NCBI GenBank assembly: GCA_964524125.1
Contig: CAZGBY010000002.1
Location: 1 to 52,354, forward strand
Origin: an uncultured Clostridium sp.
GTDB taxonomy: Bacteria > Bacillota_I > Bacilli_A > Acholeplasmatales > Anaeroplasmataceae
Direction of reading: 5' to 3'
Length of the DNA: 52,354 nt
Made by a program: the position numbers and the translations under genes. Shown here piece after piece: positions 46,786-52,354 of the stretch. The notes beneath the pieces were generated by a model. The model was not told the DNA's origin. It was given only the letters and a program-made list of their open reading frames with translations, and did not search any database. Position 1 is the stretch's first letter. Each line of letters starts with the position of its first letter.

Positions 46786-48546
46786 TTACATTCCTTCCTT
46801 TGTTGTCATTTGTTGTTCTATAAAAAGATTATAATAAAATCCTTTTAAATCCATTAATTCTTGATGAGTACCTTCTTCTTTTATATATCCATTATCAAGT
46901 ACTATAATATGATGAGCATGCATAACTGCAGAAAGTCTATGAGCTACAATAATATTAGTTTTATCTTTTCTATATAAATTAAGATTTTTAATTATATTAG
47001 ATTCTGTCTTACCATCTACAGCTGACAAAGAATCATCTAATATCATAACATCTGCATTTTTCATAAATGCACGAGCTATAGAAAGTCTTTGTTTCTGACC
47101 TCCAGAAAGAGTTACTCCATATTCACCAACTATAGTATCTAAACCACAAGGTAGGTTTTCAATATCCTTTTCAAAGTCTGCAAGCTCAATTGCTTTATAT
47201 ATATCTTGTGTATCTACATCATGAGCTGAAGTACCAAGGCGTACATTTTTAAATACACTACGAGAAAATAACATATGCTCTTGAGGTACATAACCTATTC
47301 TTGATCTTACTGATTCTTTCTTATAATTTTTTATGTCCATACCATTAATTAAGATTTTACCATCAGTTATCGGAAATTGACGCATTAATTGGCGAACTAA
47401 AGTTGATTTACCACTACCTGTTTTACCAACTATACCAAGAGTTTGTCCTTCCTTTATTGTAAGATTAATATGATTAAGTACCGGGGATTCATCACCAGGA
47501 TAAGTAAAAGATATATCTTTAAATTCTATTGATTTAACTTCATCTAAATCATAAGCATTATCAATATCTAAAATTACTGATTTAGAATTATATATTTCAT
47601 TTAATCTTTCAAGCGAAATAATACTTTGATAGAAATTAGTAAGCATATTTCCTATATTTGTTAAAGGTGATGATAAATTATTTAAGTATACAATAAATTG
47701 AATAAATAGGGCAACAGTAAAACCAGTATAAGAATTATTGATAAGCATGTAACCTGCCATTGCATATGATATTATAAGTGAAATAGCTGTAATTGATTGA
47801 AATATTGGTTGGAAAATAACATTTATTTTTAAATTCTTTCTTTCTATATCATATACTCTTTTTGATTCAATTAAATTTTTCTTATAATTAGATTCTTCTA
47901 AAGAATATGCTCTTATAGTTCTTACGTTAGTAATACTTTCAAGTACTACATTTCCCATTTGACTTGAAGCATCTCTTACTTCTTTCCAGTTTCTTTTTAC
48001 TTTAACTTTTAAAATAATATTAGTAATAAATATTAAGGTTAAAGGAAGTACTGAACATAAAGTAAGTAATGGATTTATTAAAATCATCGCAATTACATTA
48101 ACAATAATTACGGTAAATTCAAATGATATATTTAAAAGTCTATTTCCTCCTGAGAAGTTAACGCTTTTAACATCTCCTAAAGCTCTTGTAAGTAAATCTC
48201 CTGATTGAAAGTTTTCAAAGAAAGTAGCGTCTTGTATGATTATATTTTGCATATAACGTACTTGAAGGGCATAGAAAAGTTTTACTTTTAGCCTATTTTG
48301 AACAACTCTTTTTGTAGTAGTAATTAAATATATACTTATTGCAGTTAATATGGAAAATAATCCTATATGATAAATCATATATGATTTTGTAAGAGTATTA
48401 TCAGTTATTCTTGTAGTAAAGTCTCCTAATATATATGCTGGTATTAAACATATGAATGCTTGAATAACACCTAGTATAAATATTATTATGTAATATAGCG
48501 GATGTTTACGTATAAACCACCACATTTCTTTTATGAAGTTAATCAT
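46786..48546 (-). CDS. ABC exporter half-transporter (TMD-NBD), the degenerate-site subunit of a heterodimer
   Basis: Walker A GKTGSGKST and canonical signature LSGGQKQ, but Walker B MILDDSLSAVD carries Asp in place of the catalytic Glu. There is no N-terminal C39 peptidase domain. Confidence 0.9.
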   Translation of the reverse strand: MINFIKEMWWFIRKHPLYYIIIFILGVIQAFICLIPAYILGDFTTRITDNTLTKSYMIYHIGLFSILTAISIYLITTTKRVVQNRLKVKLFYALQVRYMQNIIIQDATFFENFQSGDLLTRALGDVKSVNFSGGNRLLNISFEFTVIIVNVIAMILINPLLTLCSVLPLTLIFITNIILKVKVKRNWKEVRDASSQMGNVVLESITNVRTIRAYSLEESNYKKNLIESKRVYDIERKNLKINVIFQPIFQSITAISLIISYAMAGYMLINNSYTGFTVALFIQFIVYLNNLSSPLTNIGNMLTNFYQSIISLERLNEIYNSKSVILDIDNAYDLDEVKSIEFKDISFTYPGDESPVLNHINLTIKEGQTLGIVGKTGSGKSTLVRQLMRQFPITDGKILINGMDIKNYKKESVRSRIGYVPQEHMLFSRSVFKNVRLGTSAHDVDTQDIYKAIELADFEKDIENLPCGLDTIVGEYGVTLSGGQKQRLSIARAFMKNADVMILDDSLSAVDGKTESNIIKNLNLYRKDKTNIIVAHRLSAVMHAHHIIVLDNGYIKEEGTHQELMDLKGFYYNLFIEQQMTTKEGM

Positions 48547-48571
48547 AATACCACCTTCAATCTTAAACTAT

Positions 48572-48600
48572 ATTTTACAACTTTCTACAAAATATAACAA
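48572..48600 (-). promoter_or_regulatory. Sigma-A type promoter of the ABC exporter pair
   Basis: The minus strand reads TTGTTA (48595-48600), exactly 17 nt, then TAAAAT (48572-48577). Confidence 0.55.
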
Positions 48601-48876
48601 GGAAAAACTATAGCAAAATTTTATGTTGTTAATAATTTTATCTTTATAAGCATTTACTAAAGATTTTACTATTACTTTTGGATGCTCATAAATAGTTTAT
48701 AGCTTTTAGTGCATTTGGTATAATAACTACTTCTAACTCATATTTTTTCAAAAACTTTCTTTTATAATATTAAATATAAATGAATTTACATTCACCAAGC
48801 ATACTATAAAATAAACCTTCAATTATTTTATTTGGACTAGTGGTTACACATATATCATATAGAATTTCCTATTATT

Positions 48877-48924
48877 AAAAAAAAGATGATAAATTATAAT
48901 TGGACAATATAATTTTATCATCTT
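48877..48924 (-). terminator. Terminator of operon B
   Basis: 15-bp stem with one bulge (48884-48898 / 48908-48923). The forward A8 run at 48877-48884 is a T-run on the minus strand. Confidence 0.7.
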
Positions 48925-48940
48925 CTATGATTCTAATAGT

Positions 48941-49417
48941 TTAACACCAAGTTTCTATAAATCCTATATTAACATCTAAGTTTGAATCATCTTCATTTAA
49001 AGACACTCTAACCTTTTTAACACCTGCTATAAATACAGAATATCTAACATCTGAAATCTTATGACTTTCTAATAAAGTTAATTCATCATAATCAGTTACT
49101 TTTAATTCATAATTATCATAACTAAAATATGCATCTAATTTTTCAAATATTAAATATGATGTATTGTCTTTTAATATAAATTCATTATCATCATTTCTAT
49201 AAACATTATAATATGTTAATACATATGTATTCTTTTTTTCTTTATCCTTTAATTTAATGCTCTTCTCTTCCTCATAAGCTACAATATCTAGTTTTGAAGC
49301 ATCTATTGTAAATGAGCCACCATTGCTTATTTGTGAAATATATATAAAGAATATTATTATAGCTACACTTATTACTGATAAGAATATAGCACTTGAAATT
49401 ATTATTTTTTTCTTCAT
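48941..49417 (-). CDS. Hypothetical membrane-anchored extracytoplasmic protein, last gene of operon B
   Basis: A single N-terminal TM (IIISSAIFLSVISVAIIIFFIYI) and then a beta-rich domain. ATG 49417 sits behind GAGGTGA; the track start is a GTG inside the RBS. Confidence 0.55.
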   Translation of the reverse strand: MKKKIIISSAIFLSVISVAIIIFFIYISQISNGGSFTIDASKLDIVAYEEEKSIKLKDKEKKNTYVLTYYNVYRNDDNEFILKDNTSYLIFEKLDAYFSYDNYELKVTDYDELTLLESHKISDVRYSVFIAGVKKVRVSLNEDDSNLDVNIGFIETWC

Positions 49418-49488
49418 TTTTCTCACCTCATTTGTATAATAAAACTAATAATTTAAATGTTCAATAATATAAACCTATTAAGCAATAT

Positions 49489-50070
49489 TTAGAACTTATT
49501 ATGCATATATTTATTTATACTTTCAATAATTAATAATATAGTACAAATGACTAAGGGAATTCCTACTGAACTTAAATATATAAGATTTAATTTATATAAT
49601 CTATTAAACATAGATATGAATAATAAAATTACAGTTAATAAGATAGATATTATATTAAATATTAGCTTATTAGTTTTATTATTTAATTTAATAAAATAAG
49701 TATTGACATAATTTCCTGGACTTAACAAAATTATAGGAAATAGACAAATAATTGATGACCAGAATGCAAATGTATTTGATATCTCATCCTGAGGTATTAT
49801 TTCATTAATAAATAATATTAATATTAATACACCTATCTTTGAATAATTATGTTTAAGTTTATAACCACTAATTACAAAATCAAATATTATAAATGATAAA
49901 CTAATTATTAATGTCCCAATTACTTTTTCAAATAATATACTGTACATAACTAATATTAATGCTACAAGTAAATTAAATATTATATGTTCTACTATATAAA
50001 TATTTTTTTCATTATTTTCGTTATTTCTAAATAATATTTTATCACAAATTAATTTAGCAAGATATTTCAT
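49489..50070 (-). CDS. Hypothetical polytopic membrane protein with an AgrB-like layout, lacking the AgrB catalytic His/Cys
   Basis: 193 aa with about 5-6 TM segments. It starts 2 nt after the kinase B stop. The segment FIIFDFVISGYKLKHNYSKIG lies where AgrB proteins carry R..GG.HA.....C. Confidence 0.45.
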   Translation of the reverse strand: MKYLAKLICDKILFRNNENNEKNIYIVEHIIFNLLVALILVMYSILFEKVIGTLIISLSFIIFDFVISGYKLKHNYSKIGVLILILFINEIIPQDEISNTFAFWSSIICLFPIILLSPGNYVNTYFIKLNNKTNKLIFNIISILLTVILLFISMFNRLYKLNLIYLSSVGIPLVICTILLIIESINKYMHNKF

Positions 50071-50072
50071 TT

Positions 50073-51335
50073 CTAGCCCTCCTTTTCTAGTAATAATATT
50101 TCTACTTTGAATTCATTATTATTTGTATCAATATTAATGACTCCATTATATTTTTTAACAAGATTTTTAACACTATTGAGTCCTATACCATGTAATAATT
50201 TATTTTCTTTACTAGTTAATAAACTTATATTATCTTTTGTATTATTATTCACCATAATACTCAAACAATTAACATTTACTATCATAGATAGTTCAAGATA
50301 TCCATTATCTAATTGATTTATATGTTCTATTGAATTATCTAATAAATTACCTAAAATAACTAATATATCTAACATTTCAATATTTAAATCATTTATCTTA
50401 TCTATTCTGATGTCATATTTAAATACTTTGTTATTTTCTAAGTTCTTAAGTTTACTATTTATTAAAGAATTAATATAATAATTATTAGAATAGTTTATTT
50501 GATTTGGTTTATCAACTATATTACAAATATTATCAATTAACGTTAAAGCTTTCTCTTTATCTTTATTAATAAGATCTTTTATTAAATAAAGTTTATTCTT
50601 TAAATCATGAACTTCTTTATTTGATATCTTATAATTACTAACTAAATCAACAAAATAATCTCTTTCATTTTCAATTTGTCTATTAATAATTTTGTCCTTA
50701 GTAGTTTCAATTAAATTATCATAATAACTATCCAAAATATTTAATATAATGAAATTTATAAACAATAGTATAAACAAAATAATATATATCAGGTTATTGT
50801 TAATATTAGAGTATAGTGATATATGATATATAATAATTGATAAGAATAAACATAGTATAGATACTAATAAAAAGTATAATATTTTAAATAAATTAAATTC
50901 ATATAATTCATACCTTTTCTTATATAAATAAAATTTTAGCAAGATTAAAGTTAAGTTATTTGATATTATGATAATATTTAAAAATTCTTCATTAAATAGA
51001 GTATTTATATCTTGACTAGAATTTAAAGAAGATATTATAAATATCACGAATGCTATCCCAGTAATTTTAAATATATTATATAAAGAGATATTTAATAAGT
51101 TTTTCTTCCAACATTTTAAATTATGGAATATATGAATATACTTAATAATAAAATATACTAATAAAGAAATTATCTTATTAGAAATAAATATATTAATAAT
51201 ATTAAAACATATAAAATAAAATATAATTATTAAAATTGATTTGATTTTATTTTTATTAGAAACATTAATAAATAATATTAACATTAAAAATTCTATTAAT
51301 GAAACCAATATTGTCATTATAATTTCAAATATCAT
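50073..51335 (-). CDS. AgrC/ComD-like (HPK10-type) membrane sensor histidine kinase, module B
   Basis: H-box EVHDLKNKLYLIKD, N-box LGNLLDNSIEHI, G-box HGIGLNSVKNLVKKYNG. There is an ATGA overlap with the regulator gene. Confidence 0.85.
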   Translation of the reverse strand: MIFEIIMTILVSLIEFLMLILFINVSNKNKIKSILIIIFYFICFNIINIFISNKIISLLVYFIIKYIHIFHNLKCWKKNLLNISLYNIFKITGIAFVIFIISSLNSSQDINTLFNEEFLNIIIISNNLTLILLKFYLYKKRYELYEFNLFKILYFLLVSILCLFLSIIIYHISLYSNINNNLIYIILFILLFINFIILNILDSYYDNLIETTKDKIINRQIENERDYFVDLVSNYKISNKEVHDLKNKLYLIKDLINKDKEKALTLIDNICNIVDKPNQINYSNNYYINSLINSKLKNLENNKVFKYDIRIDKINDLNIEMLDILVILGNLLDNSIEHINQLDNGYLELSMIVNVNCLSIMVNNNTKDNISLLTSKENKLLHGIGLNSVKNLVKKYNGVINIDTNNNEFKVEILLLEKEG

Positions 51336-52042
51336 ACTATTTTCTCCATTATATATTTATTAAATTTTAATTTAAATTCATCTTTATAATTTCTACTTAA
51401 AGGGATTATATCAGTGTTATCTTTTATTAGTATATAATCATAGCCAAGTTTAGAAATATAATTCATATTAATTAAATAACTCTTATGAGATTTTACAAAA
51501 TTATATCCTAATAACTTTTTTTCATATGTATTAAGATTTCCCTTAAATTCTAACACTTTATTATCTGTTAGAATCATTTTAATTTTATGTTGATAAACTT
51601 CTAAATATTTAATTTGTGATACTTCTTGATAGATAATTTCATGATTAACATCTATATTTAATACAAAATGTATTTTCGTATAATATTCTAATGATCTGAT
51701 TATATCTTTTTGAAGTTCTTCTTTATTAATTGGTTTATGTACAAATTGAAATGTACCTAATCTAAATATTTCAGTTAAAAATTTATCATATAAAGTACAA
51801 TAAAATATAATCATGTTAGGATTCTTCTTTTTAAGTTCTTTTACAGTATCAATTCCATTAATTTCTTTCATTTCTATATCAATAAATAAAATATCAATAT
51901 TTTTCTTACAGCTACTTAATAATTCCTCACCACTTAAATAAGTATCTATTATATAATCATAATTAATTATTGTATCTATAAGAATACTTTTAATTTCATT
52001 AATATACTTAATCTCATCATCACATATACATATATTTAACAT
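51332..52042 (-). CDS. LytTR-family response regulator, module B
   Basis: ICDDE, FIDIEMKEINGID, KP, and a LytTR domain FVKSHKSYLINMNYI. It is a clear paralog of the module A regulator. Confidence 0.9.
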   Translation of the reverse strand: MLNICICDDEIKYINEIKSILIDTIINYDYIIDTYLSGEELLSSCKKNIDILFIDIEMKEINGIDTVKELKKKNPNMIIFYCTLYDKFLTEIFRLGTFQFVHKPINKEELQKDIIRSLEYYTKIHFVLNIDVNHEIIYQEVSQIKYLEVYQHKIKMILTDNKVLEFKGNLNTYEKKLLGYNFVKSHKSYLINMNYISKLGYDYILIKDNTDIIPLSRNYKDEFKLKFNKYIMEKIV

Positions 52043-52058
52043 ATTGCACCTCTATTAA

Positions 52059-52072
52059 TAGTTAGCTAACTA
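52059..52072. promoter_or_regulatory. Perfect 14-bp palindrome in the 5' leader of operon B
   Basis: TAGTTAGCTAACTA lies between the predicted -10 (52085-52090) and the RBS (GAGGTG, 52047-52052). Confidence 0.4.
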
Positions 52073-52084
52073 CAATTAAATTAT

Positions 52085-52148
52085 ATTATAGTTTTATATT
52101 TTTACAAGAATTTAGACTTAAAATACAGTTTTTAAAACCTTAAATACA
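52085..52148 (-). promoter_or_regulatory. Activator-type promoter of operon B with two 21-bp-phased direct repeats (candidate LytTR site)
   Basis: The minus strand reads TGTATTTAAGG (52138-52148), then TGTATTTTAAG (52117-52127), 3 nt, a poor -35 AAATTC (52108-52113), exactly 17 nt, and TATAAT (52085-52090). Confidence 0.55.
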
Positions 52149-52179
52149 AAAAATCTTAGCGTTTAATAAAACTAAGATT
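52147..52179 (-). terminator. nfo terminator
   Basis: 8-bp stem AATCTTAG (52152-52159) / CTAAGATT (52172-52179), then a T-run on the minus strand. Confidence 0.6.
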
Positions 52180-52185
52180 AATATT

Positions 52186-52354
52186 TTACTTATTATAATG
52201 TCCTCTTAAGAAGTCGATTTCTAATTTATAATCTTCTTCTTCATTTGGAGTTTCTAAGAAGAATGGCAAATGACGAAGTTTAGGATGATTAATAATATTT
52301 ATAATCGCATTCTCACCGATAGTTCCTTTACCTATTTTTTCATGTCTATCCTTA
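52186..52354 (-). CDS. nfo: Endonuclease IV, C-terminal fragment (the gene continues beyond the window)
   Basis: My own minus-strand translation reads [55 protein letters not shown], stop. It matches the DRHxxIGxGxIG ... LETP C-terminus of Nfo. Confidence 0.8.
   Translation of the reverse strand, partial: KDRHEKIGKGTIGENAIINIINHPKLRHLPFFLETPNEEEDYKLEIDFLRGHYNK

Noticed and set aside
48601-48876. A roughly 280-bp non-coding gap between operon B and the ABC exporter, searched on both strands for a small peptide gene
   Set aside because: I found only ORFs of 10 codons or fewer (for example MLGECKFIYI and MLIKIKLLTT), and none has an RBS. The region may be decayed sequence or a long promoter/UTR. 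Nothing supports a call.
51332-51335. An alternative genetic code (TGA as Trp, Mollicutes-like), considered because of the extreme AT content
   Set aside because: TGA is used as the stop of the module B regulator gene in an ATGA overlap. All housekeeping ORFs are full length under the standard code, so code 11 fits.

Overview
The window is a visibly AT-rich stretch of low-GC Bacillota chromosome. I did not compute GC and ran no searches. Every product call rests on motifs read in the supplied translations, on synteny, and on signals I located by hand.

The genome uses the standard code, because TGA serves as a stop at the 51332-51335 ATGA overlap. It belongs to a spore-former: an alpha/beta-type SASP gene sits behind a sigma-G-like promoter. 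Almost all genes lie on the minus strand.

Housekeeping content:
- cysS-mrnC, ackA with a YtxK-like methyltransferase, thiI, and rpsD with a long leader
- pgk-(HPr-like)-tpiA and an orphan MsmK-type sugar ABC ATPase
- ddl-murF, mscL, and a perR-rubrerythrin pair
- a complete sufCDSUB operon and the 3' end of nfo

Accessory or unusual content:
1. At 40.5-52.1 kb, two paralogous LytTR response regulator / AgrC-like kinase operons flank an asymmetric heterodimeric ABC exporter. Each operon is preceded by the same 21-bp-phased direct-repeat motif. Each carries uncharacterised secreted or membrane proteins, and I found no pheromone gene. This is my best candidate for an undescribed system.
2. A 2.4-kb frameshifted ABC ATPase-FtsX gene is bracketed by a perfect 30-bp duplication of the tpiA 3' end and terminator.
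3. A DUF4143-type AAA ATPase has an in-frame stop and sits behind three exactly 33-bp-phased GC-rich repeats.
4. An AbiEi-like gene has no toxin partner.
5. One SASP carries two tandem domains.
6. A P-type ATPase carries large N- and C-terminal extensions.
7. MurF has a polytopic membrane N-terminus.
8. A membrane protein fused to a degenerate HAD domain sits at the head of the suf operon.

I saw no rRNA, tRNA, CRISPR array, transposase or integrase.
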